A DNA stretch of 64,000 nt, taken from contig CAVXYC010000019.1 of assembly GCA_963765765.1 (NCBI GenBank), positions 320,001 to 384,000 of the forward strand, written 5' to 3'. A program made the translations under genes and the position numbers. Shown one piece after another: positions 18,796-29,742 of this stretch; the stretch's first letter is position 1; every line of letters starts with the position of its first letter. This DNA is from an uncultured Chloroflexia bacterium. GTDB taxonomy: Bacteria; Chloroflexota; UBA6077; JACCZL01. A model generated the notes under the pieces. That model was not told the origin of the DNA, searched no databases, and saw only the letters and a list, made by a program, of their open reading frames with translations.

Positions 18796-21124
18796 CTAAG
18801 CTCTGGCCTGATGAATGACCTGCCAGACCCGCTCGTCGGCCGCCGGCATGTCGATCTCGTCCGCACCGAAAGGTCGAAGCGCATCGAGCACCGCGTTGCG
18901 CACGGCCGGTGTGGCGCCAATGGTGCTGGCCTCCCCGATGCCTTTGATGCCCATGGGATTGCGCGTAGTCGGCGTCTCCGTGCGATCCAACTCAAAACTC
19001 GGCAGGTTGTGTGCGGTTGGCATCGCGTAATCCATGAACGATCCCGTAACGAGCTGGCCAGTTTCGTCATAGATCACGCCCTCGAAGAGCGCCTGTCCGG
19101 CTCCCTGAGCGATGCCGCCATGCCGCTGACCATCTGCGAGAAGAGGATTCGAGCACTGGGCCGCAATCATCTACCGCGATGTGACGGCGGAGCGTTACTC
19201 GGCCAGTATCTGGGTCGATGTCCACGATGGCAATGTGAACGCCGAACGGGAACGTCTCTCCCTCCGGCGTGTAATGGTGCGTGGACTCGAGGCCATACTC
19301 CATGCCCTCGGGCATCTTTCCCCCGTAGGCGGCGGCAACGACGCGAGCCCAAGGCGTGCTCTTATCCGGTGCGCCGCGGACAGAGAACTCACCGTTGGCT
19401 AGCTCAACGTCATCCGGCGAGGCCTCCATGAGGTTCGCCGCGATCTTGATCATTTTCTCGCGCACATCCACGGATGCCTTGAGCAAAGCAGTGCCGCCGA
19501 GGATTGCGCTGCGACTGCCCATGGTGCCGACACCCGTGGCTACGAGTGCCGTATCCCCATGGATCACCTCAATCTGATCCATGGGGACAGTGAGCTCATC
19601 GGCGATGACCTGTGAGAACGTTGTTTCGTGACCCTGCCCGTGCGGCGAGCTTCCGGTAAGTGCCGTGACCTGTCCGCCGGCCTCCACTCGGATCGTCCCG
19701 CTCTCCCAGGGCCCAAAGCCGCACACCTCCACGTACGCGGCTACACCGATCCCCATAAGCTTGCCAGCCGCTCGGGCTCGCTCCTGTTCGGCGCGCAGCT
19801 CGGAGTACTTCGCCATCTCCAGGGCTTTGTCCAGAGCACGCTCATACTCGCCAGAATCGAACACGCGACCGCCGCATGCCTGGTAGGGGAATTGGTCTGG
19901 CTGGATGAAGTTCACCCGCCGCACCTCGGCCGGATCGAGTTCGAGATCGTGGGCGATGCGATCCATAAGGCATTCCATCAGGTAGATCGCCTCGGGACGC
20001 CCGGCGCCGCGATAGGCGCCGATGGGCGTTTTGTTTGTAAATGCTCCGACGAGATCAAATGAATGCACCGGAATGTCGTAGTTCCCGGGGAGCATCATGC
20101 CTGTGGTCATGCCGAATAGCGGCGTGATGTACTGGTAGTAGCCACCACAATCAAAGGTGACACGCACTTTCATGCCTCGAACGCGCCCATTGGCGTCCAC
20201 GGCGGCGTCCGCCTCCTGTACCTGGCCACGACCGTGCATGGCAGCCTGGAGATTCTCCCGCCGGTCCTCGACCCATTTCACCGGCCGCTCCAGCCGCATA
20301 CTCATGATGCACGCGAGCACTTCCTCAGGCGAGAGATCGATTTTGTTGCCAAAGCCGCCGCCCACCTCAGGGGCGATGACGCGTACCGAATGCTCGGGCA
20401 ACCCAAGCGCCGTTGCCATACGTGTCCGCAAAGAGTGCGGCGTCTGAGTTGATGACCACAGCGTGAGCTGACCGGCGCCCTTCATGACCTTTCGGAAGTC
20501 GGCCACACACCCCCGTGGCTCCATGGCCGCCGGAAGCAGACGTTGGTTGATGACGCGCGTCTTGACGATCTTGTGAGCACCGGCGAACGCGGCTTCCAGG
20601 TCGCCCGTCTCCCGGTGCTGCCGATGTCCCACGTTCGTGCCGAACTGTTCGTGAATGAGAGGCGCGCCATCTTTGATCGCTTCCTCGGGATCGACCACTG
20701 CGTCAAGCGGCTCGTAGTCAACCTCGATAAGCGCCAGCGCATCGCGGGCCGCCGCTCGTGAGTCGGCGATGACTCCGGCAATCGGATCGCCAACGTAGCG
20801 GACCTTGTCCGTTGCCAGGACGCGGCGCTCGGGAGACTTACCATCCTGAAAGGCAGCCATCGGAATAAGCACCGGCAACGGGCCCGTGATCGCGTCGTTC
20901 ACGTCTTCCGCGGTGACCACGGCCAGCACTCCCGGTGCAGCCTGCGCCGCGGTCGTGTCAATGCTGTTGATACGCGCGTGCGCATACGGACTGCGAAGGA
21001 CCCCGAGATACGTGGTCCCCGCAAGATGCAGATCGTCCACGTACGTAGCGCCACCCGTGATGAGCGTGGGATCTTCGCGGCGCTTGATCGGCGTCCCGAG
21101 CAGCCGGGGCTGAGTTACGGTCAT
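18796..21124 (-). CDS. Xanthine dehydrogenase-family molybdopterin-binding large subunit (CoxL form II-like); frameshift near 19160
   Basis: RREDPTLITG, LRSPYAHARI, VGGGFG, AYRGAGRPE, PHGQGHET, GTMGSRS, TGSFMDY, KGIGE. Confidence 0.9.
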
Positions 21125-21277
21125 GTCGTGTCTCCTCGAGGCGAGCAGGCGCGAGCCAAAGCAGTGCGCCCCGCTTGATCTTACCGTCAGACGATTATCG
21201 ATGCGTATTGTTCAGCCGTGCTAGCCTGCTCGATGACCCGGGTTGGCGTATGATTCCCGCCATCTGGAGGCGCAACT

Positions 21278-22025
21278 ATGTACGATGGGTTTCAGGCTGA
21301 AACCACCACGATGGTGGGACACAACGGCGACGTGATTGCCGCCTATCTTGCGAAGCCATTGGGCGCGGGGCCGTTTCCCGCGGTGGCGGTGCTGCACCAT
21401 ATGCCCGGCTGGGATGAGCCTTCCAAGCTCATCTGTGCCAAGTTAGCGTTGCACGGCTACATCGCGCTCATGCCCAACCTGCATCATCGCACGGGTCCCG
21501 GAAGTCCTGACGATCAAGCAGCGGCCGTCCGCGCCGAGGGCGGAAATCCGGATGAGCAGATTCTGGGGGATCTCCGCGGGGCATTGAGGGTCATCAGCTT
21601 GATGACCACCTGGAATGGCAAGCAGGCGGTGATGGGATTTTGCTCGGGCGGACGGCAGACTTACCTGGCCGCGGGGCGCATTCCAGAGCTCGACGCCGCC
21701 GTGGATTGCTGGGGCGGTCGAGTGATCGCCGCGGCAGATACGCTCTCCGAGCGTCAGCCGGTAGCACCCATCGAATACACCAAAGACATCAACTGCCCGC
21801 TCATGGGCATCTTTGGCAATGACGACGCTGAGCCTGATCCGGAGCAGGTCAACAAGACCGAAGCAACACTCAAGGAGCACGGGAAGAACGTACGAGTTCC
21901 ATCGTTACGATGGCGCTGGGCACGGTTTCTTCGCGGTTGACCGACCTGGCTATCGTCCTGTCCAGGCTACAGATGCCTGGAGTAAGATTTTCTCGTTCTA
22001 CGAAAAATATCTACACACCTCGTAA
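21278..22025 (+). CDS. Dienelactone hydrolase family protein (frameshift near 21890)
   Basis: GFCSGG nucleophile motif, GIFGNDD, YDGAGHGFF. Confidence 0.9.
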
Positions 22026-22036
22026 GGAGATCCACA

Positions 22037-22330
22037 ATGTGCACTTACATTTACGAGCACGCCAACGTCCTGGGTAGCGCCAAGGGCCAGAAGGGCTGGT
22101 TCGAAGTCAACCGGGCAAACGTATGCTACGACCATCCGTCGCATGCGCCACTTGATCACGCCCTACTCCTGGATTTTGTGGACTCCACGAAGGGCCCGGA
22201 AGTTCGTGTAGGGCTCGAGCTGAGCTACGAGTCCGCTCAGGCGCTCGTCATTGCCATTACGAACGCGCTGGAAAGCGGCAAGATCGCCCATGCGGGCGTC
22301 CATGGACCCGAGCACGCCGAAGTCGCGTAG
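22037..22330 (+). CDS. Small conserved protein (DUF6295-like)
   Basis: MCTYI...GSAKG..GWF...YDHPSHAPLDHALLLDF...RVGLELS; RBS aaggag. Confidence 0.7.
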   Translation: MCTYIYEHANVLGSAKGQKGWFEVNRANVCYDHPSHAPLDHALLLDFVDSTKGPEVRVGLELSYESAQALVIAITNALESGKIAHAGVHGPEHAEVA

Positions 22331-22368
22331 ATCTGTGGACCGTCCTTCTAGGACGATATGGGTTAAGA

Positions 22369-22402
22369 AAAACGGAGCAGGGATTCAATCCTGCTCCGTT
22401 TT
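22369..22402. terminator. Bidirectional intrinsic terminator
   Basis: aaaacggagcagg-attcaat-cctgctccgtttt. Confidence 0.8.
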
Positions 22403-22477
22403 GTGCGCTGTCATGGAGAAGCAAATCAGGGCCGAGATTGAGTAGGTAGTCGCCGCTCGCAACTTCCCAAGCCCAGA

Positions 22478-23428
22478 TCAGTTGAGCGGTGGTTCCACCT
22501 TCGGCGAAAGATCGGCGTGGTACATCAACAGGGCCAATCGGGCGCTCCGCCCCACTGTGTCGGCTGAGATGTGAGGTATGCCATTGCGACGATCGGATGT
22601 CCCGAGCTTATCGATCATGCCGTCGAAAATGAGCATATCGCCATTACCAGTCGCGAGAAACGGAACCGAGTCGAGCTGGCTCGGGAGCTTTTCGAGTGTG
22701 ATCGGATGTAAGTGGTCGAGCTCGGACATGATGCTTGTCGGCAGGAACATTGCGCCGCCGTACGGATTGAGCCCTTCTTCCAGCAACGAGCTCACCGACG
22801 CGCCCCATGCACCCGCGTTAACGTCGGTGTGCAGCATCGGTGTGATGCTACAGAGAGGCTGATCCTCGTCCTTGTTCAGGACAACCGAAAGCTGCTCGAC
22901 GAAGACGCTCGAGCCAAGACTATCGAGTTGTTCCAGAACTGAAATGATCTGATTCACGAAGCTCAGTGGGAATTCGTCGTCACCTCTCAGTCGGCTCACC
23001 TGATCCTTCCACCACTTCAAGCCACCGACCAGGCTCGAGCGATCGTCAAATTCCCTGATTCTGAGTGAGAGCAGGATATTTCCGTGCGCCGGGCCGCGCG
23101 TGCCTGACGATCTCGAAAGCGCCGTTATGACCTCGGATGGGTTATCGACTGGCCCATAGCCGCCCTTCTCCGCCCGCCAAGGCCAGTCATGGCTCAGCTC
23201 CATGGCTGACAGCAATCTCAGGGGCCAGTCAGGCTTACTCATGGCCCTTCGAACGACGGGGTTATCGAAGGCGCCGCGCCAGACCATCAGGCGCCATGAT
23301 TCATCTGATTCACGCATGGCGCCAACGAGATCCGTAGGGTCTGATCGCACCATCACGACGCCATCCTGAACAGATGCGTCACCGTAATCGAAGCAGAACA
23401 TCGCAACACTCCAGCGATCTACGGTCAA
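22478..23428 (-). CDS. Hypothetical protein, possible Fe(II)/2-oxoglutarate-dependent oxygenase fold in the C-terminal half
   Basis: LHTD...GGAMFL...GDMLIFDG...PHIS...RLALL spacing fits HxD...H...R. Confidence 0.5.
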   Translation of the reverse strand: MTVDRWSVAMFCFDYGDASVQDGVVMVRSDPTDLVGAMRESDESWRLMVWRGAFDNPVVRRAMSKPDWPLRLLSAMELSHDWPWRAEKGGYGPVDNPSEVITALSRSSGTRGPAHGNILLSLRIREFDDRSSLVGGLKWWKDQVSRLRGDDEFPLSFVNQIISVLEQLDSLGSSVFVEQLSVVLNKDEDQPLCSITPMLHTDVNAGAWGASVSSLLEEGLNPYGGAMFLPTSIMSELDHLHPITLEKLPSQLDSVPFLATGNGDMLIFDGMIDKLGTSDRRNGIPHISADTVGRSARLALLMYHADLSPKVEPPLN

Positions 23429-23645
23429 TCAAACCGTAGTGGTCGATCCGAAGTGCAATCACCGCCACGGTTATGGCGGATGGCTACTGGTCCCCATCGA
23501 GTTACAAGTGGTCAGACGGCACTTAGAAGAAACTGCTGCAAGTATGGCCGTTTTGTTGATCTCCGGCCATTGACATCCCAGCGCGGTGACGGATTATCCG
23601 GCCTGGAAGCCCCGCCCTCGACCCGCGCGGCGATTCTAGGTGAGC

Positions 23646-23680
23646 AAAAAGAGGCCGGGAACGTGCTTCCCGGCCTCTTC
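23646..23680 (-). terminator. Intrinsic terminator
   Basis: aaaaagaggccggga-acgtgct-tcccggcctctt, downstream of the minus-strand gene ending 23707. Confidence 0.75.
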
Positions 23681-23706
23681 CTTCTGATCCTAGATTCGAA
23701 TTCGGT

Positions 23707-24565
23707 TCAGGCAACAACCATTGGAACCTGCGTTGGAGCGCTCAACAGCTCAACCGGGCGATTCACCAGCGGCCGTCGGTACAGCCGGTGTCGGGCGCCG
23801 CGGACCTCATGCTCGAGCTGGTAGAGCTTTTCACCGGTGTCTGGATCCACAATATCGACGAAGCGGAACTGGTGGTTATTGATGCCTTCGGACACCAGGC
23901 CGCGTTCGTTCATGAACTCGAAGGGCTTGGAGAAATTGAGGATGTAGATCTGGACGTGATGTCCGTCATATTGCTCTGAAGCGGCCTTGTCTGACTCACG
24001 GAAGATTAGCTCCTGGCTCGTGCCCGATTCGACGTGGGCGGCCGATTCCGTTCGAGCTATCTTCCATGGAGTAAGGCGCTCCAAGGCCGCGCTGGTAGAA
24101 CTCGCCGATGCGTTGAGCAGTGCCACGCGGTACGGAAAACTCTACGTACGGAATGCCGCGTGTCATGCCATTGAAGCGTTCGGACGGGCCGTAGCAGTGG
24201 AACTCGTTTCCCCAGGGACAAATGGCACGAACGTAGTCGCCCTCATCGGAAAACTCAAACTCCGTGCCAGACAGACCATCGCGAATGGATGCCAGGCGGT
24301 CCTTCAGTGCGGTCAGATCTGGAGTAACGATGCCAATGTGGCCAGGGATTCGTTGAGGGTTTCCTGTTGGCAAGTGGCACTGATTCTCGCCCAGGTTCAC
24401 CCACATGTTGTTGACGCCGACCATCATGTACGGATCACGCGTGAACCCCAGGCCAACGATGTAGAACAGCGTTGCTTGGCCCTGATCCGGAACGCGTACG
24501 TTGACATGCTCGAGGTAAAGGATGTTACCGACATCCTCTCCTCGGAGACCGTTCGTATCACTCAT
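23707..24565 (-). CDS. Glyoxalase/VOC-like hypothetical protein (frameshifts near 24000-24050)
   Basis: EDVGNILYLEHVNVRVPDQ...LGFTRDPY...NMWVNLGENQCHLP; YDGHHVQIY...LEHEVR. Confidence 0.7.
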
Positions 24566-24906
24566 TGGCGGCACCCTCCTGATTAGCTCGAATGCTAGCA
24601 GGAGAACGTGAGCCGCGCCACAGTTGGGAGCGTTCAACCTGAGAAGCGCCATGCGCTCCGGCGCACGGATACGCCATGAACACCGAGGATCTTGCCGTCG
24701 TCACCGGAGTTCCGCTCTATTGCGGCTCGGATCCGGACGTTCTGCGCTCGCTTCTGGCAGTCCCGAGAAACTCGTGTTCATGAGAGGTAGAATCACTGGG
24801 CGTCAGAACGCCGTCAAAGATTGCTCGCAAATCAACTCGAATCCTCGTCGCTTGAGTGAAATCCGTTGTCGCCTTGGGTCACGCGCGGTTGTGTATGCTC
24901 GGTCTC

Positions 24907-25723
24907 ATGCAAGAGCAGTCGCGGCAGCTCTCGTTCGAGGATCTGACGAACGATGGTGACCTGTCCATCCCGCCGCCCTTACCCGCTGAGCCGCCACGGC
25001 CTGCCAGGCTGCCTTCTTCCAGCGAAGCGCTCGCCTATGTGCTGGAACGGAGCGCAAGGCGCAAGTCCACGATTCAGATAAGCGTTCTACCTGATCTCAC
25101 TGTGCGGGTGGTGGCGCCCGTTCGCACTCCTCGTTCGCGGATCGATGCATTGGTTCGCGAGCGCCAGGCCTGGATTTTGAAGCGGCGCGATGAGGTTTGG
25201 AGATCGCAGCTCAAACGCGTCGAACGCCGCTGGGAGTCGGGTGAACGGTTGCCATACCTCGACGAGGAGCTCGAGCTACGAATCCGGCCGGTCGCCGGAC
25301 AGAAGATGGTGCAGGCTATTCGTCAGGAGCTCCTGGCTGGACGTCCGGGTGCCGGCGGGGCTTGATAGTTCCGAGCCGATCGTGCGGGTAGTTCACAAGT
25401 GGTATAGCCTCCAGGCTCAACGAGTGTTCGCTCAGCGTGTACTCCACTATGCTGAGCCCCTTGGCGTGGAGCCCATGAGGGTACTGGTGCGCAATCAGTC
25501 AAGCCGTTGGGGGAGCTGTGCGAGTGATGGCAGTTTGCGCTTCTGCTGGCGGCTCATCCTCGCGCCGCAACGAGTCCTTGACTATGTGGTGGTGCACGAG
25601 CTGAGTCATCTGAGGCACCCACATCACCAGCGCCCGTTCTGGGCATGTGTGGAGTCGATCCTGCCACAGTACAACAAGCTTCGAGCCGAGCTGAAACGTG
25701 ATGGGAACAGCTACACACTGTGA
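24907..25723 (+). CDS. YgjP/M48-like (DUF45) zinc metalloprotease-family protein (frameshift near 25330)
   Basis: RSARRKSTIQI...VVAP, QSSRWGSC, DYVVVHELSHL. Confidence 0.88.
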
Positions 25724-25854
25724 AGCGGGAGCTTTTGGAGTGCGGCGAAGACCGCCGCGGTCCAAAGTCTGTAGCTGAGCGTCTAAGTCCCGTCCACGTG
25801 GCCCGCTGTTAGAATTCAGCAAGTTGATGACTACTTTGCAAAGGAGCGAAGCCA

Positions 25855-27073
25855 ATGCTTACACAAGAAGCTAACCAACGCCTCGCCCAAGTAGGTCCCG
25901 GCACGGCCGGTGGCAACCTCCTACGGCGATACTGGCATCCAATAGCCACGGTCGTTGAGCTCGAGAAGGAGCCTGTCCTGGCGGTGAAGCTGCTGGGCGA
26001 GAATCTCGCGCTTTACAAGTCCCCAAATGGTGACCTCGGGCTCATGGCAGAACGCTGCCCGCATCGCGGCGCCAGCATGGTCTACGGGATCCCTGAGGAT
26101 GGCGGCTTGCGCTGTCCGTACCACGGTTGGAAGTTCTCCGAGGAAGGCGCGTGCTCTGGAGCAGCCGGCCGAGCCAGAGGACAGCACCTTCAAGCACCGA
26201 GTGCGCATTCCCGCTTACCCGGTCCAGGAGATGGGTGGGCTGATCTGGGCGTACCTCGGGCCCGCACCGGCGCCAATTCTCCCCAAGTTCGACCTTTTTG
26301 TTCGCGATGACATCAAGCGGTCCATCGGCATCACCGTGCTGCCGTGCAATTGGGTGCAGATGATGGAGAACTCGCTTGACCCTGTCCATCTCGAGTATCT
26401 CCACGGCATGCTGACGAATTACACGCTCAAGAAGCAGGGCAAGCCCCCGTCGGCGGCGGTGAAGCATCATCTCAAGATTGGCTTCGACGTGTGGAAGCAC
26501 GGTATCTCAAAGCGTCGCCTCCTGGAGGGTCAGGCCGAGGATTGCGACGATTGGACGCGCGGGCATCCGATCCTGTTTCCCAACATTCTGGCGGTGGGCG
26601 ACGAAAGCTGCCCTGAGTACCAGATCCGCGTTCCGATGGACGATACGACCACGCTCTACTACTGGTACAACACAAGCCCGTTGGGCCCCGGTGAGGAAGC
26701 TCAGAAGCCGACGGATATTCCGATCTGGGAGAACCCGTACCAGCACGACAATGGCCGTCTCGTGGTCGAGACTGTCAACGGCCAGGACATGATGGCGTTC
26801 CTGACGCAGGGGCCCATCTCTCTGCGCGAAGCCGAACGCCTGGGAACCTCGGATAAGGGCGTCATCCTGTTCCGCAGCGTCATGTTTGAGCAGATGGAGA
26901 GGGTAGCACGGGGCGAAGATCCGCTCGGTGTGCTACGCGATCCGGCGGAGGATGTGATCATTCGCATTCCGCGCGAGAACAAAGCGCACTACGTGGTGGG
27001 TGAGTTCATCGCCGCCGACGACGAGAACATGCCGGCCGCGATCAAGAAGGAATTTACGGGGATCACTCGGTAG
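25855..27073 (+). CDS. Rieske non-heme iron oxygenase alpha subunit (frameshift near 26150)
   Basis: VGPGTAGGNLLRRYWHP, CPHRG...CPYHGW, ENSLDPVHLEYLH, ERLGTSDKGVI. Confidence 0.92.
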
Positions 27074-27255
27074 GCTCTTAATAGGCTGAGCTTTGGAACG
27101 CCCGGGTCCGACCGCCCGGACGTTCCGGTCCCCGGGAATTCCTCATCCCGGTTCGCCTGTTGGTTTAAGGTCGGTTCTGACGTGTTGACGTCTCGAGCGA
27201 GTTCCTCAGCGGGACGCACTGTCGGCCGTTTATCGATCGCACGCATGGGGAGCTC

Positions 27256-28121
27256 ATGATTCATAGGCGACGAGCTATTGCGCTGCTCGCAGTGTCGTTA
27301 GCATCGCTCAGACTGCCTTTGCGGGCTTTGGCGGAGCCTCGGGCAGACGATGCGGGCGAGCCCTCGGATGGCGTTGTTCGAGCGCTTGCGCGCATCAACA
27401 GTTATCGCGACGCCGCGGGTGTCTCACCTGCCGACCTCGACCAGGCTCTGATGCGCTCCGCGGGCGGCCATGTGGCCTATTACGAGCAGAACCTTAATGC
27501 GGGCATGGCAGGGCTCGGCCTGCACCAACAAGCCCCGGAACGCCCGGGCTTCACCGGGGTGACCATGGGGGAGCGGGCGAGCGCCGCCGGTTACCCGGTA
27601 GGCCTGTCACCGAGTTGGCCGGATTTGGCGGCCTTGTGGCTGCGGTGGACTGGGCTATGGACACTGTCAATCACCGCTTGCCCCTCATTCATCCGAGCGC
27701 GCTGGTCATGGGCCTGGCGGAGTCTGTCACCAGCGGCTTCAACGTCATTGCAGTGGGATTGCAGCGCGGGCTCGGCTACGCGGAGCTGCCCTCGTTCTAC
27801 CCGGCGGATGGTGCCGGCAACGTTCCGTTGCACTGGGATGGCGGCGAAGCGCCTGATCCCGCGCCCGACCTGCCCCGCCCTCTCGGCTATCCGATCACCG
27901 TGTGTTTCGGGCTGGGACAAAAGGTGGAGTGGCAGGCACTGGAGCTACGCGGGCCAGATGACCAGCCCGTTGCAGCAACTGTGCGGGAAACTCCGTGGAT
28001 GAGTGCCGCGACACTCATTCCGCATGAGCCGCTGGCTCATTCCACGCGTTACGTGGTGAAGCTAAGCGCCCGGGTTGACGGGGCTGATGCCAGCCGCGAA
28101 ACGTCGTTCCAGACGAGGTAG
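27256..28121 (+). CDS. Secreted CAP (SCP/PR-1) domain protein with C-terminal Ig-like domain (frameshift near 27600)
   Basis: Arg-rich signal peptide, RINSYRDAAG...LDQAL...AGGH..Y, WAMDTVNHRLPLI. Confidence 0.75.
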
Positions 28122-28193
28122 AGAAAATGAGACAGGGACCACCGGACTGGACTTGTCCTGCGGTCCCTGCAGTCGCTTAAGACCTAGTCTCCA

Positions 28194-29507
28194 CTAGCCA
28201 ACTGGGAGGATCAGCTTCTCTCCTCGTCTGGCCGACTCACCAGCCTCGTTAGCAACGTCCCACGGATCGTCATCAGGGCCAATGATGATCTCTTCTGATC
28301 GAATCTTGTTCCAGGGGATTGTATCGCTAAGGCCAGGTGGCTCAATGCCGTTCTGGAGATTTCTGGCAGCGGTGATGAGCTGCTGACGTAAGCGAATGAT
28401 CGCCGCGTCAGCGGGGTAAAGCTGCTCCTGCGTTCGGTCGTAGATCTGGCCCATGCTCTCCGTCATGGCGTAGTCCTGCTCAGGAATCGGCCAAATTCCC
28501 GCGTAGAATGTGCGCTTCTGGGCCGCGCGATCGATCATGTAGTCGTTATCTGCCCTCTTCAAGCGCATGGACGGATTGGCGGGATCCATCAGCATGGAGC
28601 GCTCTTGAAATGCGATGCGCTCGTCCGCGGTGAATGGGCGGTCTTCGTTGTACTGAACATGGATGCGGAAGCAGTTGTAATCGTCAATGGGAACGGCATT
28701 GAGCATGGTTCCCGCACGACCCTGCGCCGCGATGAATGTGTGCTCTGGAAGCACGTGGCAGTTAATGCGAATGTGCTTGTTGCCCTTGTCCGTGGGACGC
28801 ACGGCGATGAGTCGGAAGCCGTATTCCGTATCCTGGACATCGATTTGAGCGTACCGATACTTTGCTCGAATATAGAGCGAATATTGTGGCGAGCAATAGC
28901 CGGGCTTATCGGTCTCAATGCCGACAGGATTCAAATCCTGGTAGTAGGTGTGCAGTGTGCCAAGGTGAGTAGAGTCGATGTTTCCTTCAACACTCTGGAG
29001 CCAATTGCAATAGATCGGTACGCGAGCAACCATGACGTGCTCTGGCTTCAGGTGGTTGTAGACGAAGCTGGGCGGGCTGGGGCGCTTCTCGGGTGGCCCC
29101 ATATACGTCCAGCACAATCCCGCGGATTCGATAACCGGATAGGCTCGCATTCTCACGCGATCTTTGAAATCGTTCCCCGGCGCGTCCGATGGCGCGTCAA
29201 TGCACTTGCCCTCGGGATTGAACTTGAACCCATGGTAGATGCAGGTAATGCCGGAGCCCTGGTTGAGACCATAGAATAGCGATGCGCCTCGGTGGGGACA
29301 GTTCTCCTGGATAAGACCTACGCGTCCATCGGAATCCCGAAACGCAATCAGCTTCTCGCCGAGCAGTCCGACGCGAACGGGCGGCCCCTCCGGCTCGGGA
29401 AGCTCCTGGCTCAGCAGAAACGGCTGCCAGTAACGACGAAAGAGCTCGCCCATGGGCGTGCCCCGATCGGTCCGCGTGACGAGATCATTCTCTTCACGAG
29501 TCAGCAT
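28194..29507 (-). CDS. Rieske non-heme iron oxygenase alpha subunit (phthalate 4,5-dioxygenase-like)
   Basis: MLTREENDLVTRTDRGTPMGELFRRYW, CPHRG...CIYHG, EGNIDSTHLGTLH, EQDYAMTESMG. Confidence 0.93.
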   Translation of the reverse strand: MLTREENDLVTRTDRGTPMGELFRRYWQPFLLSQELPEPEGPPVRVGLLGEKLIAFRDSDGRVGLIQENCPHRGASLFYGLNQGSGITCIYHGFKFNPEGKCIDAPSDAPGNDFKDRVRMRAYPVIESAGLCWTYMGPPEKRPSPPSFVYNHLKPEHVMVARVPIYCNWLQSVEGNIDSTHLGTLHTYYQDLNPVGIETDKPGYCSPQYSLYIRAKYRYAQIDVQDTEYGFRLIAVRPTDKGNKHIRINCHVLPEHTFIAAQGRAGTMLNAVPIDDYNCFRIHVQYNEDRPFTADERIAFQERSMLMDPANPSMRLKRADNDYMIDRAAQKRTFYAGIWPIPEQDYAMTESMGQIYDRTQEQLYPADAAIIRLRQQLITAARNLQNGIEPPGLSDTIPWNKIRSEEIIIGPDDDPWDVANEAGESARRGEKLILPVG

Positions 29508-29742
29508 CCAGCGACCTCCTGGCTTGGTGCGTCAACCGTAGTTGAGGTCTAGTGGAGAGTCAAGAATTGAGAGAAGCTGGAGTGCGATTGGACCCGTGCA
29601 ACGATCAGTTTGACAAAGACAATCGGCAGATTTACGGATAGTCGGGCGAATCCGCGTAAGGGCAGCCTTTGGGCCGGGCCGACAGGATGTCGGTAGTCCA
29701 AAGGCCTCGATTGCAGTCCGGCATATAATTTCCGCGCCCTCC

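Noticed and set aside
18796-21124. Aerobic CO dehydrogenase (true coxL)
   Set aside because: Lacks the AYxCSFR motif and adjacent coxM/coxS
24907-25723. YgjP-like protease as part of a restriction/defence locus
   Set aside because: No type I R-M or other defence genes are adjacent
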